A DNA stretch of 64,000 bases, from assembly GCA_965217115.1 (NCBI GenBank), contig OZ244239.1, forward strand, positions 1,280,001 to 1,344,000. The letters are read 5' to 3'. Position 1 is the stretch's first letter; the number at the start of each line of letters is the position of its first letter. This document shows, piece by piece, positions 10,399 to 19,280 of this stretch. The notes beneath the pieces were generated by a model, which saw only the letters and a list, made by a program, of their open reading frames with translations, searched no databases and had not been told where the DNA came from. Position numbers and translations under genes: made by a program. The DNA is from Bdellovibrionales bacterium (GTDB lineage: Bacteria > Bdellovibrionota > Bdellovibrionia > Bdellovibrionales > CAYMLA01).

Positions 10399-10457
10399 TC
10401 ATGAATTAAGAGGCTCTATTTAAATTAAACAGAGAAGATATTAAAGAGGAATATATT

Positions 10458-11639
10458 ATGAAAATCTTAAGCAAAGTGAAGAGAGTTTTAGAAAAGGCAA
10501 GTGTATTGACTTTGTCCATGTCTTTGTTTTTGGGATTGAGTTTCTCCCAAGCGGAGATTGGTGGCAATTTAGGTAGTAATTTAGGTCTTAATCTAGGTAT
10601 TAAGATTGAAGCCGTGCTCAATGAAGGAACTCAAGTTGAGTTATCTCAAGAGCAGATATCAGAGATGCTTCCCTGGGCTAAGAACTCGAAGATTTTCCTA
10701 GAGGATCTTCTTGAGGATGTGGCAGGTTTGCGTAAGGCAGAGCAATTACAGCAGTTGAAGGCAGTTATTCGAGATGTGGTTTTACAAAGTGCTCCTAAGA
10801 AGACTGAACTTTTAATGCGTTATGTGTTGAACCGCTCAATGATGCTTGTTGATGTGATCTCCAATGAATCGGTTTCTGGTGATCGAGGAATTATGAACAA
10901 TCAACTTCGGCTGCTTAAAAGAAGTGTTGAGATGGCTTTGGGTTATTATAAGAGTGACCTGTCCTACTTAAATGGTGAGGATGACAGTGCAGATCGTGTT
11001 TCTTTTGCGGTCTTTGGCTTGGAGTATTCTGTGTTTTTAGCAGATTTAGGAAACTCGATCTTAGATGCATCGGCTCAATATAAAGTTATAAGAATGAGAT
11101 TAGGTTTTTTACAGAATAGTCTTTATAGGGATCAGAACAATAAGGTATTTGCTCCATCAATTATATCGTTAAATAACGCCTTAAAGGCGAATCCTGAAGA
11201 AGTAGAAGCCAGTGACCAGAATTACCTAGAGAGAATTCGTCAGTTAAAGAGGATTTATGAGAAACAGAAAGCTCATATTGTACAAGAGTTAAAAGAGATG
11301 AAGTATGATATCAGTAATTTTGAGTCACAGGAAGTCGAAAGAGAAAACTATAGGAATAGGAGAGAAATTGACAGGAAGAAGATGAAAAAAAAGATGAGAA
11401 AAAAATACTACAGTTGTAGAAACGTAGAGAGAGGGAGTCGTTTCGATTTTGCCCGTTATGATAAACGCGATAACGCTCAAAAATGTATAAAAAAATATGC
11501 AAAATTTATCTCTACTGGAGATTGTCGCTACAGCCTTGGATTTACCCGGCCATTTCTCAATTATTCAATCTACTCATTTATCCCCGCAAAAGTTTTTGTG
11601 AAGGATGTTATGGACACTTGTCGTAGATACGTAAAATGA
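10458..11639 (+). CDS. Secreted protein: same N-domain plus unrelated basic, Cys-containing C-terminal domain
   Basis: N-terminal ~280 aa near-identical to neighbours; unique ~113-aa Lys/Arg-rich tail with 4 Cys. Confidence 0.88.
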   Translation: MKILSKVKRVLEKASVLTLSMSLFLGLSFSQAEIGGNLGSNLGLNLGIKIEAVLNEGTQVELSQEQISEMLPWAKNSKIFLEDLLEDVAGLRKAEQLQQLKAVIRDVVLQSAPKKTELLMRYVLNRSMMLVDVISNESVSGDRGIMNNQLRLLKRSVEMALGYYKSDLSYLNGEDDSADRVSFAVFGLEYSVFLADLGNSILDASAQYKVIRMRLGFLQNSLYRDQNNKVFAPSIISLNNALKANPEEVEASDQNYLERIRQLKRIYEKQKAHIVQELKEMKYDISNFESQEVERENYRNRREIDRKKMKKKMRKKYYSCRNVERGSRFDFARYDKRDNAQKCIKKYAKFISTGDCRYSLGFTRPFLNYSIYSFIPAKVFVKDVMDTCRRYVK

Positions 11640-11745
11640 TAATAAAATAGTTTTAGTCGTCCGAAAAGGATTATAATTGGAACGAAATGAATTAATAGAG
11701 GCTCCATTTAAATTAAACAGAGAAGATATTAAAGAGGAATATATT

Positions 11746-13353
11746 ATGAAAATCTTAAGCAAAGTGAAGAGAGTTTTAAAAAAGGCAAGTGTATTGATTT
11801 TGTCCATGTCTTTGTTTTTGGGATTGAGTTTCTCCCAAGCGGAGGAGATTGCCGGCAAATTAGGTAGTAATTTAGGTCTTAATCTAGGTATTAAGATTGA
11901 AGCCGTGCTCAATGAAGGAACTCAAGTTGAATTATCTCAAGAGCAGATATCAGAGATGCTTCCCTGGGCTAAGAACTCGAAGATTTTCCTAGAGGATCTT
12001 CTTGAGAATGTGGCAGGTTTACGTAAGGCAGAGCAATTACAGCAGTTGAAGGCAGTTATTCGAGATGTGGTTTTACAAAGCGCTCCTAAGAAGACTGAAC
12101 TTTTAATGCGTTATGTGTTGAACCGCTCAATGATGCTTGTTGATGTGATCTCCAATGAATCGGTTTCTGGTGATCGAGGAATTATGAACAATCAACTTCG
12201 GCTGCTTAAAAGAAGTGTTGAGATGGCTTTGGGTTATTATAAGAGTGACCTGTCCTACTTAAATGGTGAGGATGACAGTGCAGATCGTGTTTCTTTTGCG
12301 GTCTTTGGCTTGGAGTATTCTGTGTTTTTAGCAGATTTAGGAAACTCGATCTTAGATGCATCGGCTCAATATAAAGTTATAAGAATGAGATTAGGTTTTT
12401 TACAGAATAGTCTTTATAGGGATCAGAACAATAAGGTATTTGCTACATCGATTATATCGTTAAATAACGCCCTAAAGGCGAATCCTGAAGACGTAGAAGC
12501 CAGTGACCAGAATTACCTAGAGAGAATTCGTCAGTTAAAGAGGGTTTACAAAAAACAGAAAAATCATATCATGCAAGGGTTAAAAAGAGCAGGCGCGCAA
12601 GTGAGAAAAGAGAGATGGAAAGAGCGGGGTGTTTCTTCAAATGTGCTCCAAGCTCTTTTTGTAAAGGTAGACCCGGGTAGGTTTCAAATGGGAAGTTCCA
12701 TTCGTGAAAAAGGTCATTTTGAGGATGAGACCCAGCATGAAGAGATTTTAAAGAAAGGTTTTGAGATGCAAGCGACAGAGGTCACTCAGGAGCAATGGTT
12801 TCAAGTCATGGGTGATAGCCCCTCCTACTTTAATAAAAAAACATACTGTGAAGATTCTTTTAAGGACGTCGATAGAACTCCACGATGCCCTCAACATCCT
12901 GTGGAGAACATTTCTTGGAATCATGTTCAGGATTTTATAAAGGAGTTAAATAAATTAAGTTCTACTCATATTTATAGATTACCGACTGAGGCTGAATGGG
13001 AGTATGCGGCCCGTGCAGGGACGAAAACCCCTTTTAATTTAGGGGGAGATATCTCTCCAGAGAGAGTGAACTATAATGGTGACAAGCCTTATAAAGGTGT
13101 TAAAGGTCTTAATAGAAAACAGACAGTCGCGGTGGCGAGTCTTGATAATGCCAATAGCTGGGGCCTTTATGATATGCACGGAAACGTGTGGGAATGGGTG
13201 CAGGACTGGGGCAGCTATGAGTGGTACCGTGTTTTGCGTGGCGGTGGCTGGCCGAACCCCGCTTGGCGCGTGCGGTCGGCGGCGCGTACTAATCGGGAGA
13301 AAGGTTCGATTCACCGAGCTGTGGGCTTCCGTCTTGTGAGGACTGCCAAATAG
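11746..13353 (+). CDS. Secreted protein: same N-domain plus FGE-sulfatase-like (CLec fold) C-domain; putative DGR target
   Basis: Same leader, RBS and motifs as 8743-10398; differs strongly only in the last ~50 codons. Confidence 0.9.
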   Translation: MKILSKVKRVLKKASVLILSMSLFLGLSFSQAEEIAGKLGSNLGLNLGIKIEAVLNEGTQVELSQEQISEMLPWAKNSKIFLEDLLENVAGLRKAEQLQQLKAVIRDVVLQSAPKKTELLMRYVLNRSMMLVDVISNESVSGDRGIMNNQLRLLKRSVEMALGYYKSDLSYLNGEDDSADRVSFAVFGLEYSVFLADLGNSILDASAQYKVIRMRLGFLQNSLYRDQNNKVFATSIISLNNALKANPEDVEASDQNYLERIRQLKRVYKKQKNHIMQGLKRAGAQVRKERWKERGVSSNVLQALFVKVDPGRFQMGSSIREKGHFEDETQHEEILKKGFEMQATEVTQEQWFQVMGDSPSYFNKKTYCEDSFKDVDRTPRCPQHPVENISWNHVQDFIKELNKLSSTHIYRLPTEAEWEYAARAGTKTPFNLGGDISPERVNYNGDKPYKGVKGLNRKQTVAVASLDNANSWGLYDMHGNVWEWVQDWGSYEWYRVLRGGGWPNPAWRVRSAARTNREKGSIHRAVGFRLVRTAK

Positions 13354-13469
13354 TCATGAATTAAGAGGCTCTATTTAAATAATGCCTTAAAGATGAGACC
13401 TGAAAAAGCACAAATTAAAGATTAGGGACAAAGAGTGAGAATGTTTTTTAAGAAGAGACTGATCTTTGA

Positions 13470-16400
13470 TTATAAAAACAATTCAGGGAGTTTTTGGTAA
13501 ACAGATGACCAAGACATATTGTCCATTTGTACGGCGATTTTATGACTACCTACGAGAGTGACAGAGCCTTTTTTCTGTTTGGAAGTTTTTTTGACGAGAG
13601 CTAAAATAGTCTCAGATTTAATGGAGGTGTCTCGTCTAAAAGTAATGGAGAGATTTTTCTTTCCACTAGAGATGTCGGTGATATAAAGTTTTTTACAAAG
13701 ACTTCGTATAAGCATCAGGCCTATGAGGTTAATAACGGGTTCAGGTATTGAACCAAATCGATCCTTAAATTCGTCCTCTATGGTGTCAGCATCCTCTTCG
13801 CCTCGAATCTGTGTGAGTTTTTTGTAGTAGGCTAGACGAGTGCGAATATCTGGAATGTACTTATTAGGAATAAGGGCTGCAATGCGGAGATTTATTTCTG
13901 GTTCAAAACTGTTTTCTTCAAGTTCCTCTCCTTTTAATTTTTGGATTTCCTGTTTGAGAAGATCCATGTAGAGTTCATACCCAATGGAGGAGACCTGTCC
14001 TGATTGATCTTGTCCGAGAATATTTCCAGAGCCCCTTAGTTCAAGGTCGTATTGAGCGATGAGAAGACCGCTGCCAAAACGGGTGTTTTCTTGAATAATA
14101 CGTAATCTCTCTTGGGCCAGAGGCTCAATGGTCTTGTCTTTTGGTATAAGCAGATAACAATAAGCCTTTTGATGACTGCGACCAACTCTTCCACGCAATT
14201 GATAAAGTTGGCTTAAACCAAAGGTATGGGCGTTATCAATAAAAAGAGTGTTGGCTTGTGGAATATCAATGCCCGATTCAATAATTGTTGTGCAAACGAG
14301 AAGATCTACTTCGTGTTTAAAGAAACTCAAAATAGTTTTTTCCAAACCTTTTTCATCCATTTGCCCGTGACCGACAGCGATTTTTATTTCAGGTAAAAGC
14401 TCTCGTAGTTCGAGAGCAACCTGATTTATAGACTGTACGCGGTTGTGAAGAAAGAAAACCTGGCCATCACGAGCGACCTCAGCAAGAACTGCCTTGCGAA
14501 GAGTTTCTTTTTCAAATCGAGTGATAAAAGTTCTTATTGGCTGACGATTTAAGGGCGCCGTATTGATAAGGCTTAGGCTGCGCAGTCCAGAAAGGCTTAA
14601 GTTTAAGGTGCGTGGAATAGGGGTGGCCGACATAGCAAGAGTGTCGATGACGTTTTTGAGTTTACGAATTTTTTCTTTATGGGCGACACCAAACTTCTGT
14701 TCTTCGTCAACAACAAGTAAACCAAGATTTGCAAAGTGAATTTTCGAGCTAAAAACTTTGTGAGTTGTGATTAAAATATGAACATCACCACTGTTAATAG
14801 CATTAATTGTTTTATGAATATGTTTGTTAGACATAAAACGATTGAGGAGCTGTATGTTAAAAGGCCAATTTTTAAATCGTTTTTTAAAGGTTTCATAATG
14901 TTGAAAGGTAAGGACTGTCGTCGGAGCTAAAATGACAACCTGTTTGCCATCTTTAGCTACGCGAAATGCGGCTCGCATGGCGACCTCTGTTTTTCCAAAG
15001 CCGACGTCTCCACACAAAAGACGATCCATGGGTTGCTCTTTAGAGAGATCCTCTTGAATTTCACCGATGGCTTTTTGTTGGTCGACAGTTTCTAGATAGG
15101 GGAATTCTTTTTCGAAGAGCTCGTAATCCTGATTTAGCGCAGAAAAAGGGGGCCTTGTTATCTGGGCTCGTTTGGCATAAATACTTAGTAATTCTGAGGC
15201 GAGGTCCTTTAAGTGTTTCTGTGTTTTACTTTTTGTCTCCTGCCATTTTTGACCGCCCAGTTGATCTAATATAACAGACTTGTCGGGTCCTGAGTATTTT
15301 TGTAAAAGACCAACACGGTAGGTGGGAACATAAAGTTTATCCTGTTTTTTGTAGGTGAGTTCTATAAATTCATTTTCGACCCCTTCAATAGAGATCATTT
15401 TAAGACCATGGTAAAGACCAATACCGTGTTCAATATGGACAACGCTGTCCCCTATTTTGAGATCACCAAAACTAAGTAGGCTGGCGTTTTCTTGAAAACT
15501 TTGGTGGGCTTCTTTTTGTCTGTTGACGAGAGCCTTGCGTCCGAGGAGGTCTTTTTCTTGGATAAGCACAACTTTATCATCCATGTTGTGTAGAGTCTCA
15601 GAGATTTGCCCCTCAAGAATATGTATAAGAGGGACCTCCGATTGATTTTGCTCCTCAAACCATTGATTCCAGTGACGGTCTTTTTTTGGAACAAGTTTGT
15701 ATAAGAAGCCCATTTGTTTAAAAAGAGCTTGGACTCTTTCAAACTGGTTATGGTGACTGATACAGGCAAAAATAAAGCAACCCTGTTCCTGCCAGTGAAC
15801 TATTTTTTGGGAGAGTTTGTCCTGCCAAGGAGAGTTGTCATTTTCCCTGTGAATATTTCTTAATTCAGAGGGGTAACGGGAGCGAAGGGAGACGGAGTCT
15901 GGGTTCCCCTCGGTTTGGCTATCCTGAATACTCATGACCTGAACTGTTGTGACCAAAACAGTGTTGTGGTTTTTTATAAGAAGCTCTTCACTGTAGGGAC
16001 TGTAAAAAAAATGACTTGGATACTGCAAGGTTTCGATTGGAGCCTGAGCTTGCTCTATTTGAAGATCAGAGAAGAGAGTGTCGGCCTGGCGTGTGATTGA
16101 AAGGGGATCAAAAAGCCATAAACAGCGCTCGGGGTGGATAAAATCGAGGGGAGTTCCTGGTTTATTATAGGCAACGGGTAAGTAAAATTCAAAGCCAGGG
16201 AAAGTGCGCTCTTGGCTTAAATTTCGAACTTGGTGCTTAATCCAATCAGCACTGGCTTGGGGGTGTCTCCATTTATGAAATCGCTGGATGGTTTCCTCTA
16301 AGGAATCTCCGTCGTAGAGGACTTCTCGAGAAGCTATAATATCTATTGAATCGATTTTGTTTTGCGATCGTTGAGTATCAAGGTTAAAGAAGCGGATGGA

Positions 16401-17018
16401 ATCAATCTCATCACCAAAGAATTCAATTCGAACAGGAAGAGAATAAGAGGGAGTGTAAATATCTAGAATACCACCTCTAATTGAAAACTGCCCAATATCC
16501 TCAACGCTTGGAGAGTGAATGTAACCGAGTTTTTTAAGCTCTTGGGCAAAGCCGGGGATTTCATTGCCAACGGACCATTTGCTTTGGGTGCTCTTAAAAA
16601 GAGGCTGGGGAATTGTTTTTTGGAGAAAAGCATTGATGGGGGCGATGAGAATGTTTTTTGCTAAATTTTGTTCAGCTAAATAAAGCCAATGAAGGCGTTC
16701 GGCTGCTGTGCCAGGAGAGGAGCTGAGTCCAGAATAGGGAGACACATCCGTCGCTTTAAGGATGTTGCAGGAGATATCTGGGTCAAAAAAGAAAAGATCT
16801 TCTTTTAGGCGAAAGGCTTCTTTTTCTGATGAAACAAGAACGACGTGGGAAAGGCTTGATTGGAAGGATAAATCACTTAAGGAGGCGGCGAGTGTTGGAA
16901 TCGAGCTGTGTCCATGAATTTCAAGGGAATGTTTTTTATGGGAAGAATCAGAGTTGGGAGAGAGCAGTTTCTTGCTCAAAACCCCAGAAGATCGCCAAGA
17001 TAAAGATGAGTAAAGCAT
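13470..17018 (-). CDS. mfd: Transcription-repair coupling factor
   Basis: GQFSIRGGILD, VVHIEHGIGLY (RID), DRLLCGDVGFGKTEVA, VVDEEQKFG, SATPIPRT, QLRGRVGR, TRG motif. Confidence 0.98.
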   Translation of the reverse strand: MLYSSLSWRSSGVLSKKLLSPNSDSSHKKHSLEIHGHSSIPTLAASLSDLSFQSSLSHVVLVSSEKEAFRLKEDLFFFDPDISCNILKATDVSPYSGLSSSPGTAAERLHWLYLAEQNLAKNILIAPINAFLQKTIPQPLFKSTQSKWSVGNEIPGFAQELKKLGYIHSPSVEDIGQFSIRGGILDIYTPSYSLPVRIEFFGDEIDSIRFFNLDTQRSQNKIDSIDIIASREVLYDGDSLEETIQRFHKWRHPQASADWIKHQVRNLSQERTFPGFEFYLPVAYNKPGTPLDFIHPERCLWLFDPLSITRQADTLFSDLQIEQAQAPIETLQYPSHFFYSPYSEELLIKNHNTVLVTTVQVMSIQDSQTEGNPDSVSLRSRYPSELRNIHRENDNSPWQDKLSQKIVHWQEQGCFIFACISHHNQFERVQALFKQMGFLYKLVPKKDRHWNQWFEEQNQSEVPLIHILEGQISETLHNMDDKVVLIQEKDLLGRKALVNRQKEAHQSFQENASLLSFGDLKIGDSVVHIEHGIGLYHGLKMISIEGVENEFIELTYKKQDKLYVPTYRVGLLQKYSGPDKSVILDQLGGQKWQETKSKTQKHLKDLASELLSIYAKRAQITRPPFSALNQDYELFEKEFPYLETVDQQKAIGEIQEDLSKEQPMDRLLCGDVGFGKTEVAMRAAFRVAKDGKQVVILAPTTVLTFQHYETFKKRFKNWPFNIQLLNRFMSNKHIHKTINAINSGDVHILITTHKVFSSKIHFANLGLLVVDEEQKFGVAHKEKIRKLKNVIDTLAMSATPIPRTLNLSLSGLRSLSLINTAPLNRQPIRTFITRFEKETLRKAVLAEVARDGQVFFLHNRVQSINQVALELRELLPEIKIAVGHGQMDEKGLEKTILSFFKHEVDLLVCTTIIESGIDIPQANTLFIDNAHTFGLSQLYQLRGRVGRSHQKAYCYLLIPKDKTIEPLAQERLRIIQENTRFGSGLLIAQYDLELRGSGNILGQDQSGQVSSIGYELYMDLLKQEIQKLKGEELEENSFEPEINLRIAALIPNKYIPDIRTRLAYYKKLTQIRGEEDADTIEDEFKDRFGSIPEPVINLIGLMLIRSLCKKLYITDISSGKKNLSITFRRDTSIKSETILALVKKTSKQKKGSVTLVGSHKIAVQMDNMSWSSVYQKLPELFL

Positions 17019-17219
17019 GGCAGAGAGTCTATGGGGGATCGGTCAAGAGGTCATTAATACGACGCGGCAAAAAGTTTAAGGAAAATTTAAGTTCTGCATT
17101 ATGACATTGAATTTACTGATATTTCTTGGAATATCTAAGGGAGATTTGTATAAATAGACACAGTAAAATTTTGTCACTAAAGAGTAAGACACTTTGTGGT
17201 GTTCAGAGGGAGTATTCTT

Positions 17220-17588
17220 TTGCCAATAGAAGGTATTATTGTTTTTGCCACATTTATTGCTTTTTTTGGCTCAGCCTTGTTGTTCTTGGCTTCGCGTTTG
17301 GGTGAAAAAATCCCATACAGTTCAGTTAAGATGGAGTCCTATGAGTGTGGTTTGCCTGCAGAGGAAAAGAAGGACACTAAAATTTCTGTGAAGTTTTATC
17401 TGACAGCTATTTTGTTTATTCTCTTTGATATTGAAATTATTTTTATGTACCCATGGGGAGTTACGTTTAAAGAGTTTGTTGTTGAAGGGCATGGAGCTTA
17501 TATCTTTTATTCAATGCTTTTTTTCCTAGCGCTTTTTGTGTTTGGGTTATTCTGGGAAATTAAATCAAAAGCTTTGGAATGGGATTAA
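17220..17588 (+). CDS. nuoA: NADH-quinone oxidoreductase subunit A
   Basis: YECG, FYLTAILFILFDIE, ALEWD; TTG start chosen after gaggga. Confidence 0.95.
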   Translation: MPIEGIIVFATFIAFFGSALLFLASRLGEKIPYSSVKMESYECGLPAEEKKDTKISVKFYLTAILFILFDIEIIFMYPWGVTFKEFVVEGHGAYIFYSMLFFLALFVFGLFWEIKSKALEWD

Positions 17589-17592
17589 GAAC

Positions 17593-18759
17593 ATGGGCGC
17601 AGATTTTGTTGAAATGACTATTAACTATTTAAAGCTTCTTGTTATTTTTTTAATGATGGTGCAGGGAGTTCCAATTCTTGTGTGGTTAGAGCGTCGTGGA
17701 TCGGCTTATATTCAAAACCGTTTTGGACCGAATCGAGTAGGTCCTTTGGGTTTAACTCAATTACTTGCTGATGCGGTTAAGTTTCTTTGGAAAGAGGAGT
17801 TTTTACCAAAGAGAGGTGTGGCTCTGCTTTATTATGGAGCACCTGTAATGGCTTTAATTCCTGGTGCATTGGCTTTTGCGGCAATCCCCCTTTCTGTCCC
17901 TATTGACGTGGCATCGTTTCAAATGTTTGGCCAATCTTGGGGACCATACACTTTTTTATTTCAAGGTTATGAAGTTGGAATAGGAGTGATTTTTATTTTT
18001 GCTGTATCGTCTTTAGCTGCCTACAGTGTTTTAATGGCAGGATATGGGTCAGCCAATAAGTACTCTATGCTTGGAGCTTTACGAGCAAGTGCGCAAATCA
18101 TTAGCTACGAGCTTGCTTTAAGTTTATCTGTTGTTGGTATCTTGCTTGTTTATCAAACTGTAAATTTGACGGAAATGATCCAAGCACAACAAGGTCCATT
18201 GAGTTTTATTTTTATGGGGCAAAAGTACGTTTTTTCTTTTTTGCCAAACTGGGGATTCTTTTATCAACCATTTGGAGCTATTTTATTTTTTGCGACAACA
18301 TTTGCTGAGGCGAACAGATTGCCATTTGATTTGGCAGAGTCAGAGGCTGAACTCGTTGCGGGATTTCATACAGAGTATGGTGGGTTTAAAATGTTATTAT
18401 TTTTTATTGGTGAGTACGGTCATATGATGGTGGCATCAGGATTACTGGCAACATTTTATTTTGGTGGTTATGGATTGCCAGTGTCTTCATGGACGCCTGA
18501 GGTTGTAAGCAGTTTTATAGGAAGTTTTGTTGAGGGAACAACGGCGGTGAGTTTATTGACGTCATTGCTTTTCTTTTTTTCATTCTTTGTTAAATTTGCA
18601 CTTTGTCTATGGTTTTTTATTTGGGTTCGTTGGACACTCCCTCGGTTTCGTTATGATCAGTTGATGGATTTGGGTTGGAAAACCATGCTACCTTGGGCGC
18701 TAGTGAACACTGTTCTTACGGCGGCAGTCATTGTTCTTTCTTATGGAGTGGACTTATGA
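17593..18759 (+). CDS. nuoH: NADH-quinone oxidoreductase subunit H
   Basis: ERR...QNRFGPNRVG, LRASAQIISYE, NRLPFDLAESEAELVAGFHTEY, PRFRYDQLM. Confidence 0.97.
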   Translation: MGADFVEMTINYLKLLVIFLMMVQGVPILVWLERRGSAYIQNRFGPNRVGPLGLTQLLADAVKFLWKEEFLPKRGVALLYYGAPVMALIPGALAFAAIPLSVPIDVASFQMFGQSWGPYTFLFQGYEVGIGVIFIFAVSSLAAYSVLMAGYGSANKYSMLGALRASAQIISYELALSLSVVGILLVYQTVNLTEMIQAQQGPLSFIFMGQKYVFSFLPNWGFFYQPFGAILFFATTFAEANRLPFDLAESEAELVAGFHTEYGGFKMLLFFIGEYGHMMVASGLLATFYFGGYGLPVSSWTPEVVSSFIGSFVEGTTAVSLLTSLLFFFSFFVKFALCLWFFIWVRWTLPRFRYDQLMDLGWKTMLPWALVNTVLTAAVIVLSYGVDL

Positions 18760-19280
18760 GTTTAGAAGCGGGGACGTTTTGGGTTTTATCAGTTTGGACG
18801 GTTGTAGGAGCGTTGGGCATTCTTTTTCAAAGAAACCCCTTATATTCGGCGTTTTCTCTTGTTTTAACAATGATAGGAATAGGGTCTTTGTTTGTGACTC
18901 TAGAGGCATTTTTCTTAGCTGGAGTTCAGGTTGTGGTTTATGCAGGGGCTGTAATGGTTTTGTTCATTATGGTATTAATGATTTTTGATTTAAAAAAAGA
19001 AGTACAAACTTTTTCGAAGGGCTTTTTAACAGGGGTTTTAAAATTAGCGGCGGCGGCGGTTATTTGTGGTTTAATTGTTGGTTCCATTATGATGTCGACA
19101 GAAATAATGTTGCAGGGGAGTGCTCGTCCAGAGATAGAGACAACAATGAGGGACCTGTTTAAACTAATTTTCACACAATATCTTTTTGCTTTTGAGGCCG
19201 TGGGAGTATTGCTTTTGTTTATAGCGATTGGTGCAGTGGCATTGTCTCGTTCAAAAGGAGGAACACATGCCAAGTCTTGA
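18756..19280 (+). CDS. nuoJ: NADH-quinone oxidoreductase subunit J
   Basis: [31 protein letters not shown]. Confidence 0.95.
   Translation: MSLEAGTFWVLSVWTVVGALGILFQRNPLYSAFSLVLTMIGIGSLFVTLEAFFLAGVQVVVYAGAVMVLFIMVLMIFDLKKEVQTFSKGFLTGVLKLAAAAVICGLIVGSIMMSTEIMLQGSARPEIETTMRDLFKLIFTQYLFAFEAVGVLLLFIAIGAVALSRSKGGTHAKS

Larger units (their letters stand above)
8661..13380 (+). repeat. Tandem array of three gene cassettes with a shared leader and ~870-bp near-identical 5' region, bounded by four copies of a ~25-bp repeat
   Basis: ATGAATTAAGAGGCTCYATT at 8686, 10401, 11687 (2-nt insertion) and 13356; the first three copies are each followed by the same RBS and coding sequence. Confidence 0.95.

Noticed and set aside
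8691..11912. Repeated minus-strand ORFs MSTASILIPRLRPK (8691-8906, 10406-10621, 11574-11912) as small antitoxin or immunity genes
   Set aside because: They are antisense shadows of the duplicated signal-peptide region, and their recurrence is explained by the DNA repeat
13039..13339. Alternative-frame ORFs over the cassette 3 variable region
   Set aside because: They arise from locally stop-poor, GC-richer sequence, have no RBS and are not preserved in cassette 1
9640..13353. FGE domains as active formylglycine-generating enzymes
   Set aside because: The catalytic Cys pair near RGGS is absent, that region is the hypervariable segment, and no sulfatase is nearby
8686..13380. Four ~25-bp direct repeats as a CRISPR array or integron attC sites
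   Set aside because: Spacing is 1.3-1.7 kb of coding sequence, there are no cas or integrase genes, and no RYYYAAC/GTTRRRY attC structure
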